Below the pieces are notes generated by a model. It had not been told where the DNA came from and did no database searches. It was given only the letters and a program-made list of their open reading frames with translations. Source: a virus. Taken from it: a stretch of 64,000 nt of DNA. Below, in pieces: positions 27,188 to 39,100 of the stretch. The stretch is from IMG/VR virus record IMGVR_UViG_3300024221_000009, positions 1 to 64,000 of that record; one strand, given 5' to 3'. Each line of letters begins with the position of its first letter. Position 1 is the first letter of the stretch. Made by a program: the position numbers and the translations under genes.

Positions 27188-29937
27188 TGACATATAAAAA
27201 TCTAAGATTTTACGATAACGATTCTAATGACCTTAATTTAATTTACAATGATGAATTAGATATATGGCAGGGTGTTGTATATTTACCATTAGTTTCTGCA
27301 GGGCTATATGAAACTCTAACGTTACACGTTTTAGAAAATGTAGAAGGACCTTTATTTGAAGATCTTTATGTAACTCCAATTGCAGAATCAATAGGAGATG
27401 TTGCATTTAAATTTAAATTTGAAAAAGACTATAATTCTAGCGAAGACGTTTTTCTATATAGCGCACAATCAGATAATGGAGAGCTTATAGTTAAAAAAGA
27501 CTTATTTCAATCAGAACCTATTTTATCTTCAACAACATCTACTTCAACATCAGGAGATAAAAAAGTAGTCACTGCAAATTTACAAGCAAAGCCAATTACA
27601 TGTCGAGTTGCTTTAAATTCAGAAGAAGAAGGATTTCATATAAAACCTTTAAGTATTGTTGAGGTTGTTGATGGAGTTGAAACTAGAGAAATAGCAAACA
27701 TTAAAATATACGGTGAAGTTGAGGCTGAAGACGAAAGACTTAAGACTTTATTAACTAACATCGGAATGAATTTAGGTGATTTAGATTATTTTATATTTAG
27801 AGACTCAAACATTAGCGAGCAATCACCTGACCACATTCTACTAAACCAAAAGAGAAAAGAACTATTATTACAGGCTTCTTCTATTAAACCCTTTATAGGG
27901 ACTTATAAAGCTCTTTTACGTGCTATTGATTTCTTCGGATATGATAAAATTACGTTAAAAGAATATTGGTTAAATATAAACGAACAGAGCGAGAATTTTG
28001 GAAAATTAAAAGCAGTAGCAGTTCCTAATCAGGAAGTTACAGGGTTTTTAGCTGACAAAAATAAAACAACGGATCTTCCTAACTCTAATCAGAAGAAAAC
28101 ATCTAGATTTTCTTTAGTATACAGATTAAACAACGCAACTGGAGAATTAGATCAATGGGATATTCCTAAGGTTAAAGAAGCTTTAGATTATTCTCCAGAT
28201 GAAGTTTTAGTAAAATTATATGGTTTAAAAAATAAACTTCAAAAAGATTATTTACCATTACAGGCTAAGATAGTCGATATCACAGGAGAAGGAGATTACT
28301 TTTCTCAATTTAATCAAAACGTTTGGAATAACCAACATAATATTAAAGATCAAAACGCTGGAATTGAGTTTGTGCCTGAAAAAGTACCAGCTCTTAGAAA
28401 TGTTTACATTGAAGATTTACGTAAAGTAGATTATAGACTTACAGGATTTAATCAAGACTTTAATAGTATACCGGCTTCAGATAAATTAGAAATATGCGAA
28501 TCTATAGAAACTTTTTATAGAAATTATTATGATTTAAGCAAGGACACTTTTAATACTTTAGATGGAATCCCAATTGGAGCTCCAGTATCTTTTCATGTTG
28601 AAAGAGGATTAGAAGATTCATGGGATTTTGCTGAATTTACATGGGAAGACGCAACGGATACTGGTAATCATCTTTTAACTTGGGAAAACTGGTGGCATAG
28701 AGGAGTTTATGAAATTGAATGGCATTTACTAGGACCTAGAGGATATGATAAATCTTTTAGAGGACCTGTTTACGAATGGAATCATTTTCCAATGACTTTA
28801 CCATACGCTGGTAAATATACTGTTGAAGCACATTTACATGATTTATACAATGTACGTTCTACTAGAATTCATAAAGAATGGATTGAAGTATTGAATAAAA
28901 ATGTTGAAGTATATGGATTAACTCAAAGAGCTACTAAGAAATTAAATTGGAATGAGTATACATATCAATGGAATAAAACTGGAAGTAGTTGGGATTGGTC
29001 TAGAGAAAACCTAATGCCAGTATCAGATACTATAAGTACTCTTTATTTAACAATGGATAGAGCCAATTATATGTCAGACGATAAAGACAATGGAACTCCA
29101 CATTCTACTGTTAGGAGATACATAGATCCTAATCAAGCAACTGGTTTTAACGAAACACCAGGACCATATCAATGGGGAGATTTGGAAACTCAAACATGGG
29201 AAGACGGTCCTGAAACTACTTGGAAAATGACAAGAATAGGATCAGATATAAATTCTTCATTTCAGATTAAGATAGCAAATTCAGATGGATATTCTCAAGG
29301 AACTGATTTAGTAATTGAGCAAACTGCTGGGTTTGGGACAATAAATACAGATTCATACGCAATTCAATCAACGTATCCATCTGACGCAGCTGATGTACTA
29401 GCATGGGAAGCAGTCGCTGACGAGTTAAACAATGTAGATCCTTTAATATATCCTATAATTTCTAAATTTAATTATAATGCTATCCTAGTAGACACTGATG
29501 GTAATTTAGTAACTGGGAATGGATCTTTAGGACAGGACGTTTGTCCTTATATATTAGCAGTTGGTAAAGAACCGGCACGAACTCATGATTTTAAAACAGT
29601 ATCTTTTAGTAATCCAATCGGAGGACTTATAGATCAAAAAATTAACTTTACAAGTTACAACCCAGGGTTTGATGATACATATATAATCAACAACTTAGCT
29701 GAGCTAAATTTATTAAATCATGTCACATTTTCATATGATTTAACCAACATGCCAGGGGTCGTAAAATCAGAATGGAAATTGGTTAATAATACATTAAATA
29801 TCGAGGATATATATTATAGTAATCAGAGATTAACTTATTTGTTAAAACATAAAGGATATTATACAATTAATTTAGATTTAACTGATTCAAATGGCAATAA
29901 AAATTCAATAACAAAAAATATTTTAAAAATAATTTAA
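27187..29937 (+). CDS. baseplate wedge protein (gp7-like) with Ig/PKD-like domains
   Basis: FIGTYKALLRAIDFFGY; PKD-like GKYTVEA and GYYTINLDLTDSNGN. Confidence 0.55.
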   Translation: MTYKNLRFYDNDSNDLNLIYNDELDIWQGVVYLPLVSAGLYETLTLHVLENVEGPLFEDLYVTPIAESIGDVAFKFKFEKDYNSSEDVFLYSAQSDNGELIVKKDLFQSEPILSSTTSTSTSGDKKVVTANLQAKPITCRVALNSEEEGFHIKPLSIVEVVDGVETREIANIKIYGEVEAEDERLKTLLTNIGMNLGDLDYFIFRDSNISEQSPDHILLNQKRKELLLQASSIKPFIGTYKALLRAIDFFGYDKITLKEYWLNINEQSENFGKLKAVAVPNQEVTGFLADKNKTTDLPNSNQKKTSRFSLVYRLNNATGELDQWDIPKVKEALDYSPDEVLVKLYGLKNKLQKDYLPLQAKIVDITGEGDYFSQFNQNVWNNQHNIKDQNAGIEFVPEKVPALRNVYIEDLRKVDYRLTGFNQDFNSIPASDKLEICESIETFYRNYYDLSKDTFNTLDGIPIGAPVSFHVERGLEDSWDFAEFTWEDATDTGNHLLTWENWWHRGVYEIEWHLLGPRGYDKSFRGPVYEWNHFPMTLPYAGKYTVEAHLHDLYNVRSTRIHKEWIEVLNKNVEVYGLTQRATKKLNWNEYTYQWNKTGSSWDWSRENLMPVSDTISTLYLTMDRANYMSDDKDNGTPHSTVRRYIDPNQATGFNETPGPYQWGDLETQTWEDGPETTWKMTRIGSDINSSFQIKIANSDGYSQGTDLVIEQTAGFGTINTDSYAIQSTYPSDAADVLAWEAVADELNNVDPLIYPIISKFNYNAILVDTDGNLVTGNGSLGQDVCPYILAVGKEPARTHDFKTVSFSNPIGGLIDQKINFTSYNPGFDDTYIINNLAELNLLNHVTFSYDLTNMPGVVKSEWKLVNNTLNIEDIYYSNQRLTYLLKHKGYYTINLDLTDSNGNKNSITKNILKII

Positions 29938-29938
29938 A

Positions 29939-30496
29939 ATGGCAAGTATCACAACAATTTTAGGAACAGACAGTTTAGCGTCTTCAAGAATCTTAATCAA
30001 CGACAACTTTTCGTCTCTAGACGATAACTTAGATCAGGTTACAGGTTTATTGAACGTTCAAACTCAATCTTTAGCATTAACAGGATCTGTTAGCGCTTCA
30101 GAACTTAACTTAACTAACGGAGGATCTAACTTATTTGTAGTTAACACATCAAATATAACAGCGTCTTTACCAGTTACTTTAGAAAACACATTAATATTAG
30201 AAGGAGGATTAAGACACTCTGTTGCTGCAGTTTCTGCAGTACCAACAGCAGGTAACTATGAAAAATCTACGTATCTTTTAGATGCATCTGGATTAGCACA
30301 GCCTTTAGTATTTCCAGCAGGAGATGATGGACAAGAGGTTACTATTATAGCAGACGGATCAAATGTTCAATTAGATGTTAATAACATCGCTGGACCAACG
30401 GCTGCAACAATATTACCTAACGGTACTTTAACAATGAGATACTATAACGGATTATGGTATTTAATCTCTGATGTTAACTGTACTCTTACATTCTAA
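29939..30496 (+). CDS. virion structural protein (baseplate/fibre adaptor-like)
   Basis: TDSLASSRILINDNF N-terminus typical of fibre-type proteins. Confidence 0.5.
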   Translation: MASITTILGTDSLASSRILINDNFSSLDDNLDQVTGLLNVQTQSLALTGSVSASELNLTNGGSNLFVVNTSNITASLPVTLENTLILEGGLRHSVAAVSAVPTAGNYEKSTYLLDASGLAQPLVFPAGDDGQEVTIIADGSNVQLDVNNIAGPTAATILPNGTLTMRYYNGLWYLISDVNCTLTF

Positions 30497-30516
30497 TAAA
30501 AAATAATAAAAATTAA

Positions 30517-32478
30517 ATGGCTACACCATTAATAAGAATACCGCAAGAACAGGGTGGTACTATGTATGCTTTTTCTAGCGCTGCTAGAGATCTTACTCGT
30601 GCTTATTATAACCCTGATGTTGTTTTTGAGTATTCAAAATTTGCGCTTTTAGATATTCCAGTTGTTGCTGAGCCATCACCTGGTAGTACTAATAATTATA
30701 TTCAATTTAGTAATCTATTTGAAGGTGGACCTGTTGGTGGAAACTCATCAGCGCCAAACTATAGTGATACACTACCCGACGATAATGCCAATCGTCACTT
30801 TGCACAAACTTTTCAAAATTACGCGCTTAATTTAGAAAACTTTATATTAAATGATGATGATTTTGATAACACGCTATACTCTTCTGATTCTGAAAAAATA
30901 TTTTTTAAATGGTTAAATCATTTAGGAGCTTTTAGAACAAGGCCAGCAACTTCACAAGAAGCATCTACAGGATATTCTAGAGTAGTTGAAGAAGATGATT
31001 CAGTTCAAAATGGATCTGAATATAGCCAAGTAGTTAAATATTTAGGAAATGTAGACGTAACAAATGATAAAAACTATCAAGGAGATACGTATAATGAAGT
31101 ATTTGTAAACGTACCTTCTTACGTAGGATATACACCTAAAGTTTTATTTAAATCTAGTGATTACAACACTACAGCAACTTCTTACGAGATTTTAACTAAC
31201 TCTATTAACGGTAGAAGCGGTCAAGCACATCCGGACGCAAATATTAATTTAGATCCTTTAGCAGATAGCTCAAACGGTTCTATTAATATAGACTCGAATT
31301 CAACATACAATTACGGGATTGAATGGAATTCTTCAGCATATTCTAAAATTGTAAGTGATAAAAAATTAAACAACCTTTTAGATTATTCTAAAAGAGGTGG
31401 AGATTTTAGATTTAATGCAATTCTAGTATATTATGATGTTTATTCTAAATCTAATTCTGGAAATAGATCAACAAACTTATACGGTGTTATTTTATTAGAT
31501 AATTGGAAATATGATCCAGCAAATACAGGATGGTCTTTACCAGAATTAAGTAAATATAAACCAAACGAAGTAACTGGATTAAACGGTAATGCTTTCGCTT
31601 TAAAACTTAATGTTAAATTTAATTCATCATTAGACAATGTGGGTATTGAAAAAAATATTAATGATTACTCTACGTTTTCAATGGATATTTTCTTTGACTC
31701 AACGTCTGCTCTTGAAAACGCAGCAAAGGTATTGTCAGATTCAAATAATAAATTTAATGAGTTAGCCGATAAAGTTAATGGTTTAGAAAACTTATTTTTA
31801 ACATCAGTACAACAAGAAAATTTAAATATAAGAGTTGACGAACTCGAGGTCGCTATTGAAAATGCTTCTTTAAATTTTGAAAATTCAGGTTCTGTTTTAG
31901 ATTTAATATCTGCAACAAACATTAGAATAAACCAAATTATTAACGGAGAGATACCAACTGAAGTACAGTATAATACAGATGTTATAGTACCTGGTGATGG
32001 TATTGCAGTAGATAACTCAATAGAGAATAAAGTAAAAATACATAATAAAAATTATGGATACGTATTAAATGAAGTTTATAATTACGATATAAATACAAAC
32101 GTAGTATTAGATGCGATTAATGCGGGTAATGAATATAATCCTGCTCTTGCAATTGATAAAGGTATATGGACAACTGTTAAGAAATACACAAACCTTGTAA
32201 GAATTTATTTAAACGACCAGGATGTATTCCAAAATGATCTAAATATATATTTAGATGACAGCGTTAATTCTTTTAAAGAAGGACAAGTTATTAAATTAGT
32301 ATTTAGAAAAGGTTTTTATAAATTCCATAAACAAATTAACATATATACTGACGTAAATAACGGTTGGGTTTTAAAGAAAACAATCAATTCTTCAGATTTA
32401 ATAAGTAGTAAACCATACGTTGAGCTTATTTGCGTAGACGAAACAAACAAGACATTTGAACTTGACATTATAAGATAA
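30517..32478 (+). CDS. virion structural protein (653 aa)
   Basis: Long ORF in the baseplate cluster with a coiled-coil segment. Confidence 0.5.
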   Translation: MATPLIRIPQEQGGTMYAFSSAARDLTRAYYNPDVVFEYSKFALLDIPVVAEPSPGSTNNYIQFSNLFEGGPVGGNSSAPNYSDTLPDDNANRHFAQTFQNYALNLENFILNDDDFDNTLYSSDSEKIFFKWLNHLGAFRTRPATSQEASTGYSRVVEEDDSVQNGSEYSQVVKYLGNVDVTNDKNYQGDTYNEVFVNVPSYVGYTPKVLFKSSDYNTTATSYEILTNSINGRSGQAHPDANINLDPLADSSNGSINIDSNSTYNYGIEWNSSAYSKIVSDKKLNNLLDYSKRGGDFRFNAILVYYDVYSKSNSGNRSTNLYGVILLDNWKYDPANTGWSLPELSKYKPNEVTGLNGNAFALKLNVKFNSSLDNVGIEKNINDYSTFSMDIFFDSTSALENAAKVLSDSNNKFNELADKVNGLENLFLTSVQQENLNIRVDELEVAIENASLNFENSGSVLDLISATNIRINQIINGEIPTEVQYNTDVIVPGDGIAVDNSIENKVKIHNKNYGYVLNEVYNYDINTNVVLDAINAGNEYNPALAIDKGIWTTVKKYTNLVRIYLNDQDVFQNDLNIYLDDSVNSFKEGQVIKLVFRKGFYKFHKQINIYTDVNNGWVLKKTINSSDLISSKPYVELICVDETNKTFELDIIR

Positions 32479-32483
32479 TAAAT

Positions 32484-35400
32484 ATGAGTGCACAAAATTC
32501 AATATCTCAATTACTAGAACAGTTTCTAGAATTAAATACTAATTCTTTAGAAACTTTTAATCGTATTAATGAAGCGATTTCTACAGATAAACAAACAGTT
32601 ACTGTTGATTTATATGATCCATCAAATGAGGGTAGTGTAAAATCAGTACAGATACCTGCATTTGGTTATTTGAAAAGAGAAATTGAAAGACTTAATAAAA
32701 ACTTAGAGTCAATTACGAATGTTGATAAAGGAGGCGCAAATGTAAGATTAAAAGATGGTACATATAGAACATTATTTACATCTAAATTAAAAGGACCTTC
32801 GGCTCCTATTACATCATTAGCGGCACCAACTCAGTTTAATACAAAATCAAACGAATTTTTTGAAGACTTTTTAAATCCACTATTAACTATTAAATTAGAT
32901 GTTAGTGGTCAAATTCCTGTAGAAACTGAAAGAGTTTATATAGAAAGATTTATTTTTGATGGGTCAGATCCTTTAACTTTAGAAAGATTTAAAGAAGTAT
33001 ATAAAGGAGAAAGCGAAATAAGTCATTCTAAACTAGAATCAGATATTGCAGAAAATAATCTAAAACACTACGTTGATTCAGAGGTTATTGAATTACCAGT
33101 AAGATCAGTTCAATATTTTGGTAAATTTGACGTAATTAAAATAACTAATGAACAGAGATCACAGCTTGTTGATGGTATAACTCAAACAAAAACTATTAAG
33201 TTATTCACAGTTGATAAGTTAAGTTACTCAGATGCTTCTAAATCACTTAAAGACACTGAGGTTTTAAAAGTAAATGACTCTTTAGTTGTTAACTCTGGAA
33301 AACTTAGAACAAGATATTTAATTAAATCAATAGATAATTCAACTTCTCAAATAGAACTAGAATTAATTGAAGGGTATGAGTCTATTAAAGTAGGCACTCA
33401 AATGTTAAGTGTATATAGAGATGTTGATTCAGATTTAGATATAGAAATAAACGTTGGTTTTGATGAAAGACAGATAGTTTTTATAAAACCAATAGACGCT
33501 TTATCAAACATACCATCGGATGATTATTCTCCAGGGGTTTCTTTTTATTCAAATGAATTAATTATTAACGGAGCAGACGGTAGAAAACAAACTTTATCTT
33601 CTTATTATAGAGAAGAGGTTGCAGACTTTGGTCAATTTATTAAATCGTTAAATGTTGATTATATTCCACCATCAAGCGTTGGTGTAATGCCAAAATCTCC
33701 TACGGTTTCTGCAGAAAATTTAAAAGTTGTACAAATTAATAAACACTTAACTAATAATACAACAACACAAAAGATTCAAAGATTAAAATCTGATAAAATA
33801 GCTGAAGAGCAAAATTTAAAGAATTTAAATGAATCTATTAAGCAAAAGAAAACTTTACTAAGTACTAAAAAGTTTAAGTCTACTGTAGAAAGAGATAAAC
33901 AAAGAAATGAATTAAATTCTCAAATAGCTGTCAAAGCAGCATCTACTCAATTATATTCTTCTATTGTTTCTGAGATAAAAGCTTCTGCTGAATCTTCTGA
34001 TTTGAATACAGTTAGCCCTAAATTTAGAGTTAGAGGTTTTTGGCCAGTTCCGGATCCTATTAAAATCGGAGAAGGACTTTCACAAGAAGTAGTTCAATTT
34101 AAAATAAGATATAGATACGTTTCAACTTCTGGTAAAACTAGTCAAGTTGAACAAATAGAATTTAATGACAGTAGTAGTCAAACTTCTAAAACAGCTGCTT
34201 TTTCAAACTGGGTAGAGGTTGACGGTCCTGTTAGAAAAAGAGAAAAAGGAGAAGACGGTAAATATAAATGGATTACTGAAAGTGAAGAAGACGCACAGGC
34301 GGTAAACTTTAACTCTATAGACGTTCCTATTAATTCAGGAGAATTTGTTGAGGTAATGGTTAAATCAGTTTCTGAAGCAGGTTTCCCTGCAAATCCAGTG
34401 ACAAGCGATTGGTCAGATATTATAAAAGTAGAATTTCCTGAAGGAGAGCTTTCAACTGAATCTTTATCAGATTTAGTTTCTTCAAATAATTTAGATTCTG
34501 TAAAAGTAGATATTAATGATGATTTAACATCAGCCGGTGTATTTGAACACATTAGCGATAATTTTACAGCTGGAGATAAATATTTTGCACACTCTGCAAA
34601 TGCTTTAGCTTCTGGGTTTTTAACGCAAGAACAATCGCCAATATCAATATACGATAAATTACTAGAATTACAGAACGAAATTACGAGATTAAGATCTCAA
34701 ATAGAAGGTGCAATTGGAGAACTCACTGTTGAAATTATAGATGAAGATGGTAACGTTACTCCAGTTACAAATAATTCTAGAGTTAAATTATTCGCAGGAT
34801 ATTATACTGAAGAATTACCTGAAACTAATTACAAAGGGCATATTGTAACTAAAAACTTTAAAATTAAATTATCAAATAATCAAGGAGCAGATCTTGAATT
34901 AATCGCAAGAATACTAGGAGACACTTCTAAACCATCTTGGATTTCTTCAACAAATACTACATTTGGTCTTGGAAATGGATCAGTTGACACGGTAACAGCA
35001 TCAGATTCTTATTATACAAACGAAGGTAAATATGATTTAGTACCTATCGTTTATCAGAATCTTGAACTTGAAGATTTAGTATATGATTACTTTAATGAAG
35101 GACCTGAACAATCAACTCAGTTAAGAGGACAATTCATATATTCAAGATTTAAAAATATTGCAAACGACAATACTTTTTATATAGATGATCAAGCAAATGA
35201 TATACCAAATAATAAAAGTGGTTTTGATCTTTTTGAATATGGTGTACAAGAAACATACGGTATAACTGGAGTGACTGATGTTGGATCAAACGGATGTTAT
35301 GATTTTTCTGGTGTAAACTGGGTACCAAATGCTACAGCTGGAAACAACACTATAGATTATATTTGGAATGGTATTTGTAGAACCTCTACATCAGATCCTA

Positions 35401-36116
35401 TACTAAGTGATCCAATACCAATAGGATCAGTATATGGTTATGACGACGGTGTATTGGTACACGTAAATCACCCAGCTATTGTAGAAAATCCAGATTCTGA
35501 TATTGTAGATTTACAGTCTAACGGATTCTTTAGTATTCCTAAAACAGCATCACTTAGAGCTAACGAAATTAATGGTAAAAAACAAATACCTTTAAAATTA
35601 ACAGTAGATTCTGTAACAACGGATTCATCAAATCCATATAGAACATCTATTAAAACATCGTTTGAACCTAATGATCAATATTTATTAGGTGGAAAATCAT
35701 GTGGATCTTTCTTATATCTTTCGCCTCTAGATAATAAATCACATGTTGTGAATGCTAATAATAAATCTGGTAAAAAGGTTATAAGTGCAAACGGAAATAA
35801 TAGTGTAATAATAGATTTAGTTTTCCAATACAGAATGACTGATTATAATGGAGTTGGAGATACAGGTACTGGTAGAATTGCAGGAGCTATTGGAACAACA
35901 TACGAAAATTTAACTTATTCTAAAAATATAGGTATTGATATATTAGATTCACAAGATAAAGATTTTAAATTTGATTTAGAGGTTTTTGCAAAATACAAAA
36001 CAACTGGTAAAAATATAAATTCTATTAATTCTTCAATGTTATCTAACTTTATAAATACATCTGGAGCTTCCGGTGGAGGAATTGGAGGACAACAGTACAT
36101 TCAAGAACTAAGGTAA
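32484..36116 (+). CDS. large virion structural protein (1210 aa)
   Basis: Long ORF in the tail cluster; coiled coil plus beta-rich regions. Confidence 0.5.
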   Translation: MSAQNSISQLLEQFLELNTNSLETFNRINEAISTDKQTVTVDLYDPSNEGSVKSVQIPAFGYLKREIERLNKNLESITNVDKGGANVRLKDGTYRTLFTSKLKGPSAPITSLAAPTQFNTKSNEFFEDFLNPLLTIKLDVSGQIPVETERVYIERFIFDGSDPLTLERFKEVYKGESEISHSKLESDIAENNLKHYVDSEVIELPVRSVQYFGKFDVIKITNEQRSQLVDGITQTKTIKLFTVDKLSYSDASKSLKDTEVLKVNDSLVVNSGKLRTRYLIKSIDNSTSQIELELIEGYESIKVGTQMLSVYRDVDSDLDIEINVGFDERQIVFIKPIDALSNIPSDDYSPGVSFYSNELIINGADGRKQTLSSYYREEVADFGQFIKSLNVDYIPPSSVGVMPKSPTVSAENLKVVQINKHLTNNTTTQKIQRLKSDKIAEEQNLKNLNESIKQKKTLLSTKKFKSTVERDKQRNELNSQIAVKAASTQLYSSIVSEIKASAESSDLNTVSPKFRVRGFWPVPDPIKIGEGLSQEVVQFKIRYRYVSTSGKTSQVEQIEFNDSSSQTSKTAAFSNWVEVDGPVRKREKGEDGKYKWITESEEDAQAVNFNSIDVPINSGEFVEVMVKSVSEAGFPANPVTSDWSDIIKVEFPEGELSTESLSDLVSSNNLDSVKVDINDDLTSAGVFEHISDNFTAGDKYFAHSANALASGFLTQEQSPISIYDKLLELQNEITRLRSQIEGAIGELTVEIIDEDGNVTPVTNNSRVKLFAGYYTEELPETNYKGHIVTKNFKIKLSNNQGADLELIARILGDTSKPSWISSTNTTFGLGNGSVDTVTASDSYYTNEGKYDLVPIVYQNLELEDLVYDYFNEGPEQSTQLRGQFIYSRFKNIANDNTFYIDDQANDIPNNKSGFDLFEYGVQETYGITGVTDVGSNGCYDFSGVNWVPNATAGNNTIDYIWNGICRTSTSDPILSDPIPIGSVYGYDDGVLVHVNHPAIVENPDSDIVDLQSNGFFSIPKTASLRANEINGKKQIPLKLTVDSVTTDSSNPYRTSIKTSFEPNDQYLLGGKSCGSFLYLSPLDNKSHVVNANNKSGKKVISANGNNSVIIDLVFQYRMTDYNGVGDTGTGRIAGAIGTTYENLTYSKNIGIDILDSQDKDFKFDLEVFAKYKTTGKNINSINSSMLSNFINTSGASGGGIGGQQYIQELR

Positions 36117-36191
36117 TTTTGTTTAATAATTATCTGGTTAGACTGCGGTTAAAATACAGATATATAATCTAACGAAAAAGAGTTCCCATAG

Positions 36192-39100
36192 ATGGCTATA
36201 AAGTTTAATATTGAAAATAATGAATTAGATAATAATTCTTTTGCATTACTTAGAACTAATCCAAAGTTTACTAGTAACATTAAGTTAATAGTAGATTCTA
36301 GTGAGGATATATTTTTAAGCTCTTTTAAAGCAAACAATACACTTTCTAAAGTAAAATTCCAAAAATTTGAAATTAAAAAGAATGGAGAATATTCAAATGA
36401 TGTTGCCCAATTTTTTAAAGGAGTACCTGTTAAAGAAAGGTTTGAAACATTAAGAAAAAATTCAGATATTACTCCATATTCAGAATATTCATATCAATAT
36501 GAAAATCAATATAATTACGGAGCTAGTTTTAATTCAACAAAGCTATATGATGAGCAATATAAAATGTTTGCTCCAATATGGTTAGAGAGAAGAGTACCTA
36601 GAAAATTTGTAGTGTATAGGGTTTTAGACGTAGATTATAAAAATAAATACGAAGAAACAACTGAAGGGCAAAATAGCAGAATTTTAAACTTATTAAAAGA
36701 TGCAACTATTATAAAGACGTTTGATCTAACTAGAAATAGTAATGTTGGACAATATTTATATAATCACGTATTTAGTAAAGCAATGCCAACGTCTTCATTA
36801 GATTTTAATTTTGGAGAACAAGGAGAAATATCATATAATGGTATTGATACTTCTAAAGGAGGTTTTGCTAGCAAGCTAGGTTTGATGAATTCTGAATATT
36901 TAAAAGAACAAACTCCAGAAATATACGCAAACGAATTAATAACATCTGGTTTTGAAAATAGTGAATTAATTTCAGCTAATTTAATCAACATGGAATTTAT
37001 GTTTGATGACGTTAATGCTGAAGACTATGAAATATACAGATATTTTGGATTATACGTCGATGATATTGAAGAAGGTACTTTTAAGATAAATACAATATCT
37101 TCATCTAATACTATAAGTGTTGCACCAAAAAGCGTTGAGACGTCGTATGATTTACAAAACACTGAATTAATACCAGAAGATTTTTTACCAAATACAGACG
37201 ATTTAAATAAGCCAACTTTAAATTATATAAAGTATAGTGATAAAGATTATATGCATATTAGAAATTTAAATTTTTCTAAAGATTTAAGAATTCCTATTTC
37301 TAAAAATTCGGATGATATCGATATAATAGAATATACTAAATCCGATAACAAAGTTAAAGCAATTGATAAATCTATTTCAAATAAAGGATTTATTAGCTTT
37401 AAAGTTACTGGTACACCTAATCACAATGATAGATTATTTATTGCAGATAAAACTGAAATTAAAATAGAAAATTATAGTTTATATGATTTTACTTTAATAG
37501 CAGATGAAAATTTAGATGCTGGTAAATCTGTTGATAACAGGTTCTCAACAAAAGGAGGAGTTCAATCAGTCGCTATTGCGATTGGTAGAGTAATAGATCA
37601 AAAATCTAAATTATTTAAAATTATAGTTGATAAAGATACAATAACTATAGAGGATTACGCTAACGGAGATAATAGAAAAAGACTGGTGTTTGGTATTTAT
37701 AATCAAAATCTTAATCAGTTTGTAAGTGTTGTACATGGAGAATCTGGAGACGCAAATCTTTCAAATACTCTTGTAAACAATCCACCAATAGATACTGACT
37801 TTAATGATTGGAGTATGTTTACTCCAGTTGGAGGTTCTAAAAAAGGAGCAGCATTCTTTGTTGATAAATCAGAGTTAGGAGACGTTAAAGTTAATCAATA
37901 TTTTAAATTTAGCAACTTAAATAAATATGTTAGAATTACTGCAATAGTAAACGACTATGGTGATTCTAATTTATATAGAGTTATATTAGAAAATAATATA
38001 TCTATACCTAGCGACGGCGATATTCAATTATATGATAAATTTAGACCTAGTTTTGGAAAATTTAGTGCATACGATTTAAAAGATTTCGATTTCGATTTTT
38101 ATAGTACTCAATATTCTGATTTAGGAGAACTTAAATATGAATTAAGCTCTGAAAAATTTAATAATCCTTTGATTCCTGTTTTAAAACAAGAAGAAATTGG
38201 AAATACGGAACAAAACTCTATTAATATAAGATCAGAGTATGATAGACTTTCTGAAAATAAACTTAAGGAAACTTCTCTTTTAAGTAGAGTGGTTCCAACG
38301 TTTATGAAATTTAAACTGAAAGGAGCTACTAACGCTAGAAATAAACCATACTTATTAAATGCAAGTGAGGTTTTTGGTGCAGATAATTTATCTCCCAATA
38401 TAAAAATAGAATCAGGAAGATCTATTGATAATTTAAATATGGAACATTTCCATATAAATAAAATACCTAAAAGATTTATAACTGAAAATGGAACTTTAAA
38501 TGGATTAAATTCTTATTTAGATTTTAAAACAGATGGAGATTTTACATTAGAAAAACTAAAATCAACAGACACAGATTACTTCAGTTTATATTTTAAATGG
38601 AACGGATATAAAGATTTTGAAAATGATGTATGGGTTGATGATAAGTTTAAAAATTTATTTACTAAATTTAGAGAAGGTACTGGAGAATTAAATTCTAGCA
38701 CAGTTTTTAGAGGATTAAGATATTTATACAAAAAAAGAAAGGAAACAGAAAAGGTTGAACCTACTGAATTTATTGAAACTTCTGAAATTAACGATTTTAA
38801 GTTTGGAGTTGTCTTAACGTATAATTCAAATAGCACAATAAAATCAAATAAAGTTAATTATAAAGTTGTAAAAAACGATACTTTTAAATTTATATGTGTA
38901 TTTATAGAATTAAATATAGTTTTAAACGTTGCCGGCTGGTTAGAAAGAGAGATGCTTTATAATCAAACAGATATTATAAGTGGCGAAACAACAGATCCAG
39001 TTACAGGTATTACTACTCCTATTTTGGTTGATTCAACCATACCATTTAATTTAGATTTAGCTGGAACAGATTGGAATGCCCCAACAGAGGGTTATTCCGT